Below are positions 51,601 to 59,324 of a stretch of 64,000 nt of DNA, piece by piece. How positions within the stretch are numbered: position 1 is the first letter of the stretch; every line of letters begins with the position of its first letter. The DNA is from a bacterium (GTDB lineage: Bacteria > UBA8248 > JACPRG01 > G963555815). A program made the translations under genes and the position numbers. The stretch lies in contig OZ244653.1 of NCBI GenBank assembly GCA_965218795.1, forward strand, positions 2,816,001 through 2,880,000, written 5' to 3'. Below the pieces are notes generated by a model, which was not told the origin of the DNA, searched no databases, and worked only from the letters and a program-made list of their open reading frames with translations.

Positions 51601-54600
51601 ACATCACCGCCACCGCGGCAGGCGCCGCCAACTACAACGAGGCCACCGCGGCGTTCACCGTCACGGTGCAGGCGGCCGGGGCGCTGGCGCTGACCCTCGA
51701 CGCGATCGCCGGTGACGACACGGTGAACATCGCCGAGAAGGCGGCGGGGTTCGCGATCTCGGGCGCCACCGGCTCGCAGGGGGGTGTGAGTGTCACCGTG
51801 ACGGTGGGCACGACGGAGCTGACGGCGACCTCGACCGCCGCCGGCGCCTGGTCGGTGGACGCGCCGGCGAACGCGGCCTACCTCACCGGCACGAGCGTGG
51901 CGGTGACGGTGAGCGCGAGCAAGACCGGGTACACGGCGCCGAGCGACGTGACGCGCACTCTCGCGGTGGACCTGGCGGCGCCTTCGGCGACCTACACGGC
52001 GCCCTCGTCGCTGCAGGTGGGGGTGGCCGTCGGCGCCATGACGCCGAGCACCGCGGACGCCGACATCGCCTCCTACGGCGCCACGGGCCTGCCGCCGGGG
52101 CTGGACATCGACACCGGCACCGGGGTCATCGACGGGACGCCGGACACGGCCGACGCGAACACCGCCGCCGCCACGGTGACGGTGACCGACACCGCCGGCA
52201 ACACCGCCACGGTCGACATCACCTTCCCGGCGGTGGCCAAGGGGGACCAGACGCTGACGGGGTTCGCCTACAGCCCCGCCTCGGTGACCCATGGCGACAC
52301 CGCTCCGACCGTCACCCCCCCTACCGGGGTGCAGACCACCTTGAGCTACTCGGCGGCGCCCGAGGGTGTGTGCACGGTGGACCCGTCCACGGGCGCCCTG
52401 ACGCTCGCGGGAGTGGGCGAGTGCGTGATTACCGCCACCGCGGCGTCGAGCGCCGACTACAACCAGGGGACGGCCACCTACACGGTCACGGTGCCGAAGC
52501 TGACTTTGGTGAGCGTGTGGGACGCGCAGGCCGGGGAGGGCGAGGACATGACCTTCACGGTGCAGCTCTCGAAGACGACCGGGACGGACGTGACGGCGGA
52601 CTGGACGGCCTCGATCGAACGCGGCGACACGGCGGCGGCGGCGGATCTCGGGTCGACCACGAGAGGGACGGTGACGGTCGCGGCGGGGTCGAGGACAGGA
52701 ACGTTCAACGTCGCGACGGCCGACGACGCCACCGACGAGGAGAACGAGACCTTCACGGTGCGGCTGTCGAACCTGTCGTCGAACTCACAGATTGGAGACC
52801 CGGGGGCGACGGGCACGATCATCGACGACGACGTCTCGCCGTTCGAGCCGGCGACCATCCGCAGCGTGACGGTGGTGAGCGGCCCGGTCGCGGACGGGGT
52901 ATGGAGCACCGGGGAGCGTGTCGTGGTCGAGGTGCGCTATGACAAGCCGGTGGTGGTGGAGAAGTCGGAATGCTGGACCTACAACGCCGACGGGACCTGC
53001 CGGCCGTCGGGCCCGTACATGTTGGTGGCGTTCAGATCCGACGCGCGCCCGGGGTACGGCCAATCCCTGTCGACGCCGCTGGCGCCGTATGTGGGCGGCT
53101 CGGAGACGGACACGCTGAGGTTCGCCTACACGGTGGGCGCGGCCGAGGACGGCGCGCGGGGCGCGTGGGCGGCGGACGACGGCTTGCTGCTGTGGGGCGC
53201 GACGATCCGCACGCTGGAGGGCGGGGACGGCGCCTCGAGGTACACGAACACGCGGGTGATGCAGGTCACCGTGGACAGAAGCGGGCGCGCGTGGACGGCG
53301 GGCGAGAAGGTGCGGGTGAAGGTCCGGTTCTCGGGTCCGGTGCCGTATACGCCCCCCGACGAGCCGGAGAACCGGGACAAGGTGGTGGTGGACGATACCG
53401 GGGGCACCCCGACAATCGATCTGCTGCTGGGCGACCGGGAGGACCGCGAGCAACCGCGCAGGGCGTCGTACGTGAGCGGTTCGGGAAAGAACACGCTGGT
53501 GTTCGAGTACGAGGTCACGGCCGGCGACGGCCGGGTGGGCGCGGTGGAGGTGGTGGCCGACACGCTGGCCTCGAACGGCGCCACGGTCCGCAACGAGCGG
53601 GGCTACGATGCGGAGCTGGGTCACCTGGGCGCGGTGCAGTACGCGCAGCGCGCGGCGCTGTCGGTGGCCGGTGCCGAGGCGATGGAGGGCGAGGACGCGA
53701 CCCTGAACTTCGTGGTGAAACTGGACGGGGTTCCGGGTGAGGAAGGCGTGACGTTTGCCTACCGGACGAAGGATGTCACGGCGGAGGCGGGATCCGACTA
53801 CACGGAGACGCGCGGCACGCTGACGTTTGCCCGGGGCGAGTACGAGAAGACGGTGGAGGTGCCGATCCGGGACGACGCGGATGAAGACGGCGGGGAGACG
53901 TTCAAGCTGCTGCTGAGCAATGTCACCGGCGCGAGCGTCAAGAACTACGAGGCGGTGGGCACGATTCGGAACGACGAGGCGCGGGAGTCGAACACGGACC
54001 CGGAGGAGGCGCCGCTGACGGCGTCGTTCGAGGACGTGCCGGCGGAGCATGACGGGGAGAGCGCGTTCACGTTCAGGATCGCGTTCAGCGAGCGGATCGG
54101 CTGGATGAACGGCCGGCGGTTGCGCGAGGACGTGGTGGCGGTGGCCGGGGGCCGGGCGACGTCGGCCAGCCGGGTGGACCGGCGCCGGGACCTGTGGCAG
54201 GTGACGGTCGAGCCGGACTCGCTGGCGGACGTGACGGTGACGCTCGCGGCCGGGGCGGCCTGCCGGACCCCGGCGGCGGTCTGCACGTCGGACGGCCGCG
54301 CGCTGTCGAACACCATCTCGACGACGGTGCGGGGTCCTGTGGCGGTGTCGGTGGCGGACGCGCGGGCCAGGGAAGGCGCGGACGAGACCATCGACTTCGC
54401 GGTGACGCTGAGCCGGGCGGCATCGGTGACGGTGGCGGTGGCCTATGCAACCGCCGACGGGACGGCGACCGCGGGCGAGGACTATACGCGCAGCGGCGGC
54501 GCGCTCAGCTTCGATCCGGGCGAGACGGCGAAGACGGTCTCGGTGCCGGTGCTGGACGACGCGGTGGACGAGGGCGAGGAGACCTTCACGCTCCGGCTCA

Positions 54601-56096
54601 CGAGCGCCTCGGGGGCGGTGATCGCCGACGGGGTCGCGACGGGCGCCATCGAGAACTCCGATCCGTTGCAGAAGATGTGGCTGTCGCGCTTCGGGCGCAC
54701 GGTGGCGGGCCAGGTGGTGGACGCGGTGTCCGGACGCCTGTCAGGTCCGCCCCAGGGCTCGCGGGTGACGCTGGGCGGTCGGAGCATCGACCTGTCGGCC
54801 GGGACCGTCGACGCCCGGCGGGCGCTTGCCGGGGCCCCGGGCGCGGAAGACGTTGAGGCGCGGTCCGGCTCCCGGGCGGACCTGGACACGGCCGGCACCA
54901 CGTCGCGGACCCTGACCGGGCGCGAGCTGCTGCTCGGCAGCTCGTTCCACCTGACGGCCGGCGGCGGCGAGGACGGGGGACCGGGCTTCGCGGCCTGGGG
55001 CCGGGTGACGGTGGGCGGCTTTGACGCCAAGGCGCCGGCCGACAAGGGCAAGGTGCGCCTGGACGGCGAGGTGACGACCGGGATCCTGGGTGCCGACGCC
55101 CAATGGGAGCGCTGGCTCGCGGGCGTGGCGGTCTCGGTGAGCAGGGGCAAGGGTGCCTTCGACCAGCCGGACGTGGATTCGGGCAAGATCGAGAGCACGC
55201 TCACGAGCGTGAACCCCTACGTGCGGGTGACGCTGAGCGACCGGCTCTCGGCCTGGGGCCTGCTGGGCTACGGCACGGGCGACATGACGGTCCGGGGCAA
55301 CTCGTCCGTGCGCACCGACCTCTCGATGCGACTCGGCGCCGCGGGTGCGCGGGGCGCGGTGCTGGAGGCGGGCGAGACCGGCGGGATCGACCTGGGGCTT
55401 CGCGGCGACGCGTTCTGGGTGCGGATGGAGTCGGAGAAGGCGGCGAACACGGTGGCCACGAAGGCCGATGCGAGCCGGCTGCGGCTGGTGCTGGAGGCCG
55501 GGCGGGCGTTCGCGCTGGGCGAGGGCGCGGCGCTGACGCCGGGCCTGGAGGTGGGCCTGCGCCACGACGGCGGTGACGCGGAGACGGGGACCGGAATCGA
55601 GGTCGGCGGGCGGATCCGCTTCGCCGACGCGGGCTCGGGCCTGACGGTGGAGGCGAGCGTTCGCGCGCTCATCGCGCACGAGGACGGGTCTTACGAGGAG
55701 TGGGGCGCGGGCGGCTCGGTGCGGTTCGACCCCGGCGCCTCGGGGCGGGGCCTCTCGCTGACGCTGGCGCCGGTGTGGGGGACGCCGTCGAGCGGCGTGG
55801 AGCGTCTGTGGTCGGCGCGCGACGCGGCGGGGCTGGTGCGTGAGGAAGCGTTCGAGGCGGAGCGCCGTCTGGAGGCCGAGCTCGGCTACGGTCTGGGCGT
55901 GCCGCGCGGCCTCGGGCTGGTGACGCCCTATGCAGGGCTCTCGCTGGCCGACGGCGGCGGGCGGTCATGGCGCACGGGCGCGCGCTGGCTGGTGGCGCCG
56001 GACGTGACGTTCAGCCTCGAAGGCACGCGCAGCGAGCCGGCCAACGACGACGCGCCCGAGCACGGCTTGATGCTGCGCGGCACGATCCGCTGGTGA
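42630..56096 (+). CDS. giant autotransporter adhesin (4488 aa; Ig-like, putative-Ig, cadherin-like and Calx-beta repeats, C-terminal beta-barrel)
   Basis: Signal peptide MPRWVAL...ASAQ (alternative start 42681), cadherin-like segment, 10 x 275-aa repeats with GLPPGLDIDTGTGVIDGTP, three Calx-beta motifs (DDA.DE..ETF), WLSRFGRTVA linker, barrel ending in W. Confidence 0.88.
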   Translation: MNTASADGRVARAPLLSMPRWVALVGLVFACSLTTLASAASAQTILVSNTGQSPNNTDGISQVGFVLDDSQHVYAQQFRTGRNPAGYTLSSVSFNVSDRSSDNSVAVAIYSDSNGIPDSEVYALNPTTVSTGLNTFTAPANSVLAAQTNYFVYIRAPVGRFASTGTLSPAEDSESAPDWSIGNVARSTSDNGANWGDPSAVIVRMRISGTVRAANTAPTALNSTVTTNEDTAYTFGVGDFNFSDTDAGDGLASVEITSLPSSGKGSLMLDGSAVTADQVVSRADIDADELVYTPPANANGDDYASFGFKVSDGTDESASAYTMTIDVTAVNDAATGEPAISGTARVGSELTAAKGTIADVDGLTSVSYSYQWIRVDGTDETNITGATSSTYTLVAADQGKKVKVRLGFADDGGTGEARTSAVYPDGATVLPPPAVLISGADDLKTGEDGTTTTFQVRLAAAPANEVTVTPSSSDTGEGTVSGALTFTTTNWNTTRTVTVTGVDDADVDGEQSFSITFRVESTDPGYAGISVPAVSVTNADDEPLALTLDAIAGDDTVNIAEKAAGFAISGATGSQGGVSVTVTVGTTELTATSTAAGAWSVDVPANAAYLTGTSVAVTVSASKTGYTAPSDVTRTLAVDLAAPSATYTAPSSLQVGVAVGAMTPSTADADIASYGATGLPPGLDIDTGTGVIDGTPDTADANTAAATVTVTDTAGNTATVDITFPAVAKGDQTLTGFAYSPATVTYGDTVPAVTAPGGVQTTLAYSATPATVCTVDPSTGALTLVEVGACNITATAAGAANYNEATAAFTVTVQAAGALALILDTIAGDDTVNIAEKAAGFAISGATGSQGGVSVTVTVGTTELTATSTAAGAWSVDAAANAAYLTGTSVAVTVSASKTGYTAPSDVTRTLAVDLAAPSATYTAPSSLQVGVAVGAMTPSTADADIASYGATGLPPGLDIDTGTGVIDGTPDTADANTAAATVTVTDTAGNTATVDITFPAVAKGDQTLTGFAYSPATVTYGDTVPAVTAPGGVQTTLAYSATPATVCTVDPSTGALTLVEVGACNITATAAGAANYNEATAAFTVTVQAAGALALTLDAIAGDDTVNIAEKAAGFAISGATGSQGGVSVTVTVGTTELTATSTAAGAWSVDAAANAAYLTGTSVAVTVSASKTGYTAPSDVTRTLAVDLAAPSATYTAPSSLQVGVAVGAMTPSTADADIASYGATGLPPGLDIDTGTGVIDGTPDTADANTAAATVTVTDTAGNTATVDITFPAVAKGDQTLTGFAYSPATVTYGDTVPAVTAPGGVQTTLAYSATPATVCTVDPSTGALTLVEVGACNITATAAGAANYNEATAAFTVTVQAAGALALTLDAIAGDDTVNIAEKAAGFAISGATGSQGGVSVTVTVGTTELTATSTAAGAWSVDAAANAAYLTGTSVAVTVSASKTGYTAPSDVTRTLAVDLAAPSATYTAPSSLQVGVAVGAMTPSTADADIASYGATDLPPGLGIDTGTGVIDGTPDTADANTAAATVTVTDTAGNTATVDITFPAVAKGDQTLTGFAYSPASVTHGDTAPTVTPPTGVQTTLSYSAAPEGVCTVDPSTGALTLAGVGECVITATAASSADYNQGTATYTVTVAAAGTLVLILDTIAGDDTVNIAEKAAGFAISGATGSQGGVSVTVTVGTTELTATSTAAGAWSVDVPANAAYLTGTSVAVTVSASKTGYTAPSDVTRTLAVDLAAPSATYTAPSSLQVGVAVGAMTPSTADADIASYGATGLPPGLDIDTGTGVIDGTPDTADANTAAATVTVTDTAGNTATVDITFPAVAKGDQTLTGFAYSPATVTYGDTVPAVTAPGGVQTTLAYSATPATVCTVDPSTGALTLVEVGACNITATAAGAANYNEATAAFTVTVQAAGALALILDTIAGDDTVNIAEKAAGFAISGATGSQGGVSVTVTVGTTELTATSTAAGAWSVDAAANAAYLTGTSVAVTVSASKTGYTAPSDVTRTLAVDLAAPSATYTAPSSLQVGVAVGAMTPSTADADIASYGATGLPPGLDIDTGTGVIDGTPDTADANTAAATVTVTDTAGNTATVDITFPAVAKGDQTLTGFAYSPATVTYGDTVPAVTAPGGVQTTLAYSATPATVCTVDPSTGALTLVEVGACNITATAAGAANYNEATAAFTVTVQAAGALALTLDAIAGDDTVNIAEKAAGFAISGATGSQGGVSVTVTVGTTELTATSTAAGAWSVDAAANAAYLTGTSVAVTVSASKTGYTAPSDVTRTLAVDLAAPSATYTAPSSLQVGVAVGAMTPSTADADIASYGATGLPPGLDIDTGTGVIDGTPDTADANTAAATVTVTDTAGNTATVDITFPAVAKGDQTLTGFAYSPATVTYGDTVPAVTAPGGVQTTLAYSATPATVCTVDPSTGALTLVEVGACNITATAAGAANYNEATAAFTVTVQAAGALALTLDAIAGDDTVNIAEKAAGFAISGATGSQGGVSVTVTVGTTELTATSTAAGAWSVDAAANAAYLTGTSVAVTVSASKTGYTAPSDVTRTLAVDLAAPSATYTAPSSLQVGVAVGAMTPSTADADIASYGATDLPPGLGIDTGTGVIDGTPDTADANTAAATVTVTDTAGNTATVDITFPAVAKGDQTLTGFAYSPASVTHGDTAPTVTPPTGVQTTLSYSAAPEGVCTVDPSTGALTLAGVGECVITATAASSADYNQGTATYTVTVAAAGTLVLILDTIAGDDTVNIAEKAAGFAISGATGSQGGVSVTVTVGTTELTATSTAAGAWSVDAAANAAYLTGTSVAVTVSASKTGYTAPSDVTRTLAVDLAAPSATYTAPSSLQVGVAVGAMTPSTADADIASYGATGLPPGLDIDTGTGVIDGTPDTADANTAAATVTVTDTAGNTATVDITFPAVAKGDQTLTGFAYSPATVTYGDTVPAVTAPGGVQTTLAYSATPATVCTVDPSTGALTLVEVGACNITATAAGAANYNEATAAFTVTVQAAGALALTLDAIAGDDTVNIAEKAAGFAISGATGSQGGVSVTVTVGTTELTATSTAAGAWSVDAPANAAYLTGTSVAVTVSASKTGYTAPSDVTRTLAVDLAAPSATYTAPSSLQVGVAVGAMTPSTADADIASYGATGLPPGLDIDTGTGVIDGTPDTADANTAAATVTVTDTAGNTATVDITFPAVAKGDQTLTGFAYSPASVTHGDTAPTVTPPTGVQTTLSYSAAPEGVCTVDPSTGALTLAGVGECVITATAASSADYNQGTATYTVTVPKLTLVSVWDAQAGEGEDMTFTVQLSKTTGTDVTADWTASIERGDTAAAADLGSTTRGTVTVAAGSRTGTFNVATADDATDEENETFTVRLSNLSSNSQIGDPGATGTIIDDDVSPFEPATIRSVTVVSGPVADGVWSTGERVVVEVRYDKPVVVEKSECWTYNADGTCRPSGPYMLVAFRSDARPGYGQSLSTPLAPYVGGSETDTLRFAYTVGAAEDGARGAWAADDGLLLWGATIRTLEGGDGASRYTNTRVMQVTVDRSGRAWTAGEKVRVKVRFSGPVPYTPPDEPENRDKVVVDDTGGTPTIDLLLGDREDREQPRRASYVSGSGKNTLVFEYEVTAGDGRVGAVEVVADTLASNGATVRNERGYDAELGHLGAVQYAQRAALSVAGAEAMEGEDATLNFVVKLDGVPGEEGVTFAYRTKDVTAEAGSDYTETRGTLTFARGEYEKTVEVPIRDDADEDGGETFKLLLSNVTGASVKNYEAVGTIRNDEARESNTDPEEAPLTASFEDVPAEHDGESAFTFRIAFSERIGWMNGRRLREDVVAVAGGRATSASRVDRRRDLWQVTVEPDSLADVTVTLAAGAACRTPAAVCTSDGRALSNTISTTVRGPVAVSVADARAREGADETIDFAVTLSRAASVTVAVAYATADGTATAGEDYTRSGGALSFDPGETAKTVSVPVLDDAVDEGEETFTLRLTSASGAVIADGVATGAIENSDPLQKMWLSRFGRTVAGQVVDAVSGRLSGPPQGSRVTLGGRSIDLSAGTVDARRALAGAPGAEDVEARSGSRADLDTAGTTSRTLTGRELLLGSSFHLTAGGGEDGGPGFAAWGRVTVGGFDAKAPADKGKVRLDGEVTTGILGADAQWERWLAGVAVSVSRGKGAFDQPDVDSGKIESTLTSVNPYVRVTLSDRLSAWGLLGYGTGDMTVRGNSSVRTDLSMRLGAAGARGAVLEAGETGGIDLGLRGDAFWVRMESEKAANTVATKADASRLRLVLEAGRAFALGEGAALTPGLEVGLRHDGGDAETGTGIEVGGRIRFADAGSGLTVEASVRALIAHEDGSYEEWGAGGSVRFDPGASGRGLSLTLAPVWGTPSSGVERLWSARDAAGLVREEAFEAERRLEAELGYGLGVPRGLGLVTPYAGLSLADGGGRSWRTGARWLVAPDVTFSLEGTRSEPANDDAPEHGLMLRGTIRW
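44262..52490 (+). repeat. ten tandem 825-bp near-identical repeats with a 3300-bp higher-order period
   Basis: Unit starts at about 44262, 45087, 45912, 46737, 47562, 48387, 49212, 50037, 50862, 51687; identical sequence lines at 44281, 47581 and 50881. Confidence 0.95.
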
Positions 56097-56551
56097 CGGC
56101 GGGGCGTTCCCTCCGCGCCCCGCGGGACCGGAGCGCCCGGCGTGCCGGCGTTCGCGGTGCTGGTGCGCGACGCGGGCGGCAGCCTCGCCGGACTCCGGCT
56201 CCTCTCTTCGCCCAAGCGATACAGCGCCCTGACCGATGCCGTGCACGGCCCGCGACAGGAACCGCGCGGGCTGACCACCGGATACAAAACGGTTTGCATC
56301 GCCCGGTCGCTTGACTTGAGTGGCCAGGGAGGGGGACGGGAACGCCCTGCGGCGTTTTTTCTCTCACCTGACGCAAAGTTCAGAGCACCTTGCCGACGAC
56401 GTCGACGTCCTGGGCGAAGCATGAGTACGGGGCGTCGTCCGGGTTGGCGGAGATCAGCCTGAGCCGGACCGGGTCCCGCCTGATCGCCTCCCTCTCGTCC
56501 CTGTTCCTCTCTGAACCCATCTTTTCCCTTCCACCTGCCGTAATCCCCGGT

Positions 56552-56575
56552 TTTTTGCCGCACCCCCGCGCATTC
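56552..56575 (-). promoter_or_regulatory. candidate MOBF oriT nic region
   Basis: Minus strand TGCGCGGGGGTGCGG resembles F-type nic TGCGTGGGGTGT^GG; non-coding region upstream of the T4CP-relaxase pair. Confidence 0.3.
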
Positions 56576-56729
56576 CATTGCGGACGTGCGCAGGAATGTC
56601 AACCGACTGTAGGCCATGCACTATCGATACCTGTGGGCAAGCACGCACCTTCCTCTTATGTTCCTTCCCATGACAACGCCCGGCGCCCACTCCGACCTGC
56701 CCCTGGACGAGCACCCGCGACGGCCCCTT

Positions 56730-57095
56730 CTACGAAGACCAGGTGCTCGGGCCATGACCGCGAAGGGGATCCTCGTCGTGGAGATCCCCGTCCTCGGCGT
56801 CGCGGAGCCAGGCGTAGCGGCCGGTCTTTGTCGCCCAGTCGAACCGGTCGCCGTTGTCTTCCGTGAGGTCGTACCCCCTGAAGGCGGACCAGTCCCCATG
56901 GCGGAACCCTTGCCGCAGGGCGCTCGCCAGGGCCGCCAGGACGGTCCAGATCGCCGCCCAGAACCAGACGCCTCCGAGGAGGCGGATGCCGGTCCCCGTG
57001 GCCACGGCAAAGACCGTGACGGCAAGGGCGAAGGCAAGCCCGCCCAGGACAAAGGGCCGGGCGCGCCAGCTACAAGAAGGATTGGGGTCGGCCAT
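56730..57095 (-). CDS. small membrane protein
   Basis: GGAGG RBS; two hydrophobic segments; divergent from the T4CP gene. Confidence 0.65.
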   Translation of the reverse strand: MADPNPSCSWRARPFVLGGLAFALAVTVFAVATGTGIRLLGGVWFWAAIWTVLAALASALRQGFRHGDWSAFRGYDLTEDNGDRFDWATKTGRYAWLRDAEDGDLHDEDPLRGHGPSTWSS

Positions 57096-57262
57096 GGTTC
57101 GTTCCTCCGGGGTCGAGGTTCAAGGCGTCTCGGACGTGACCGGGCCTCTCCGGCCCAAGCGTCCCCTACCCGGACTGCGGCCCGCCCCGGCCTCTTGCCG
57201 GCTCATGGCAACGGAACGGTGCAGGAACCGCCGTTAGCCTTTGGAACAAGGAGGGATCCGCC

Positions 57263-59323
57263 ATGTTCGGCAACGCAACGCTCCGGGTCGGCCAGACCCT
57301 GGCCCACGACGTCCACATGTGGGGCCAGCTGGTCAGGTGGGGCATCCTGGGCATCGCGCTGATGGTCGTCCTGGTCCCTTCCGTTGCCCTGTTCCATACA
57401 ACCACCGCCCATGAATGGCGCCTCGTGGGAACGGGCACCCTCGCCCAGGCCAAGCTCGCCCTGGGGTATCAACGCCATTCCCTCCAGGCATACGAGTGGA
57501 GGGAAGGCAAAACGACACTCCTGAGGATCGTGGATATCGCCAACGACCCCAGGATCGATCGGATCCGCAGGCGTATGCTCCACACGATCTACTCAAAGGC
57601 CTGGCTCGGCCTGTGGATCGGAACGGGGGGCATGGCCCTGTGCGCGGCCCTGTTCCATGTCCGGGGAAGGCGCCTGGACCGGGCCAGACGGGTCCGGGGA
57701 GCGGAAATGGCCACGGCCCGGGACCTCAGAAGGCGCGTCCAGCCTTTTTCCATGCGTCTTATGGAGGCCCTGTCTCCCAAGGCGCGTAGATCCTCCCCCC
57801 GCATCGCCGGGATCCCCTGGCCAAAGAGAGCGGAGACCCAGCACACCATCGTTTCGGGCACCACAGGCTCGGGCAAGACCGTCCTGATCTCCGACCTCGT
57901 CGCCCGGATCCGCGCCCGGGGCGAGCGCTGCATCCTCTACGACAAGATGGGGAGCTATACCCGCTCCTTCTTCGATCCGGCCCGGGACGTGCTGATGAAC
58001 CCCCTCGATACCCGGGCCCCCTGCTGGTCTCCCTTCTACGAGGCCGGGACGCCCCGGGACTTCGACATGATGGCGGCCGCCCTCATCCCCCAGCAGAAGG
58101 ACACGGTGGACCCCTTCTGGGTCACGGCGGCCAGGCAGCTGTTCGCCAACGGCGCGGGCGGGCTCTGGAAGCAGGGGGAGACCCGGAACCGGGTCCTGGT
58201 CGACCATTTGCTCAAGACCGACCTGACATCCCTGGCAGAAGCCATGGAGGGCACGGTGGCCCAGTCCATCGTGGACCCCGAAAACCCCAAGACCGCCCTG
58301 TCGGTCCGGGCCATGCTCACCGCTCACCTGGGGGCCCTGGAGTTCCTGCCCGATACGGGCGAGCCCTTCTCGATCCGGGACTGGGTAGGAAGGGAGGACG
58401 GGACCGGGTTCCTGTTCCTGACTTCCAGGGGGGACCAGCACGCGAGCCTGCGGGGGCTCATCTCCACCTGGCTGGAGATCGCGGTGAACGCCCTTCTCTC
58501 CCTCCATCAGGACGACGCCAGAAGGGTCTGGGTGGTCCTGGACGAGCTGCCCACCCTCCACCAGGTGCCGAGCCTCCAGCCGGGCCTGGCCGAGTCCCGC
58601 CAGTTCGGAGGCTGCTTCGTCCTGGGGATCCAGGTGATCTCCGCCCTGCGGGACCTGTACGGGAAGAACGGGGCCGAGACCATCTCGGGGCTTTGCGGCA
58701 CCCGTGCGGTCCTGGCCGCTCCGGACCAGGAGACGGCCCGGTGGTCGGCGGAGAGCCTGGGGCGGGGCGAGGTGGAGGAATACTCCCACGGCCTGAGCTA
58801 CGGGGCCAGCGTCCTGCGGGACGGGGTCTCGCTGACCCAGCGGCGGGAGATGCGTTCTTTGGCCCTGCCGTCCGAGATCATGCGGCTCGAGAACCTGCAG
58901 GGGTACCTGAAGTTCCCGGGACCCTGGCCCGTGGCCCGGATCGGGCTGGACTACGTCCACAGGACCAAGGCGGCGGAGCGCTTCGTCCCCAGGGAGGATG
59001 GGGCGGACGTCGTGGAAATCCCGGGAAACGCATCGGAGGAGACGTCCGCGCCGCCCGAAGGGCTTGACGCAGCGGCAAGGGCCCAGGGCGTGCTCGATCT
59101 GGAACCCGAGGGTTTTGACCCGGCGGCGCGGGAGCGGGTCGAGACAACGGAATCCGGGCAGGCCTCGGCGACACCCCATGAAGGATCCGCGAGGCGGCCT
59201 AGCAAGGAATCCGAAAAGGGCGATACGGGTTCGGTCGATCCGGCCCCTTCACATCCGGAGAAGGGCGGGAACAGTACGAAGCCGCAACGGAAACCCCATC
59301 AGGGCCGCTTGAGGCGGATCTGA
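57263..59323 (+). CDS. traD: type IV coupling protein (TraD/TrwB family)
   Basis: Two N-terminal TM segments, GTTGSGKT, NPLD.R..WSP, DPFW, VVLDELPTL, ESRQFGGC, LPSEIM. Confidence 0.92.
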   Translation: MFGNATLRVGQTLAHDVHMWGQLVRWGILGIALMVVLVPSVALFHTTTAHEWRLVGTGTLAQAKLALGYQRHSLQAYEWREGKTTLLRIVDIANDPRIDRIRRRMLHTIYSKAWLGLWIGTGGMALCAALFHVRGRRLDRARRVRGAEMATARDLRRRVQPFSMRLMEALSPKARRSSPRIAGIPWPKRAETQHTIVSGTTGSGKTVLISDLVARIRARGERCILYDKMGSYTRSFFDPARDVLMNPLDTRAPCWSPFYEAGTPRDFDMMAAALIPQQKDTVDPFWVTAARQLFANGAGGLWKQGETRNRVLVDHLLKTDLTSLAEAMEGTVAQSIVDPENPKTALSVRAMLTAHLGALEFLPDTGEPFSIRDWVGREDGTGFLFLTSRGDQHASLRGLISTWLEIAVNALLSLHQDDARRVWVVLDELPTLHQVPSLQPGLAESRQFGGCFVLGIQVISALRDLYGKNGAETISGLCGTRAVLAAPDQETARWSAESLGRGEVEEYSHGLSYGASVLRDGVSLTQRREMRSLALPSEIMRLENLQGYLKFPGPWPVARIGLDYVHRTKAAERFVPREDGADVVEIPGNASEETSAPPEGLDAAARAQGVLDLEPEGFDPAARERVETTESGQASATPHEGSARRPSKESEKGDTGSVDPAPSHPEKGGNSTKPQRKPHQGRLRRI

Positions 59324-59324
59324 C

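Noticed and set aside
43791-52292. 2833-aa Arg/Gly/His-rich minus-strand ORF
   Set aside because: Stop-free antisense frame produced by GC3 bias and multiplied by the tandem repeats.
44262-52490. Diversity-generating retroelement or shufflon acting on the adhesin
   Set aside because: No reverse transcriptase, no adenine-specific variation and no invertible cassettes; differences fit unequal recombination.
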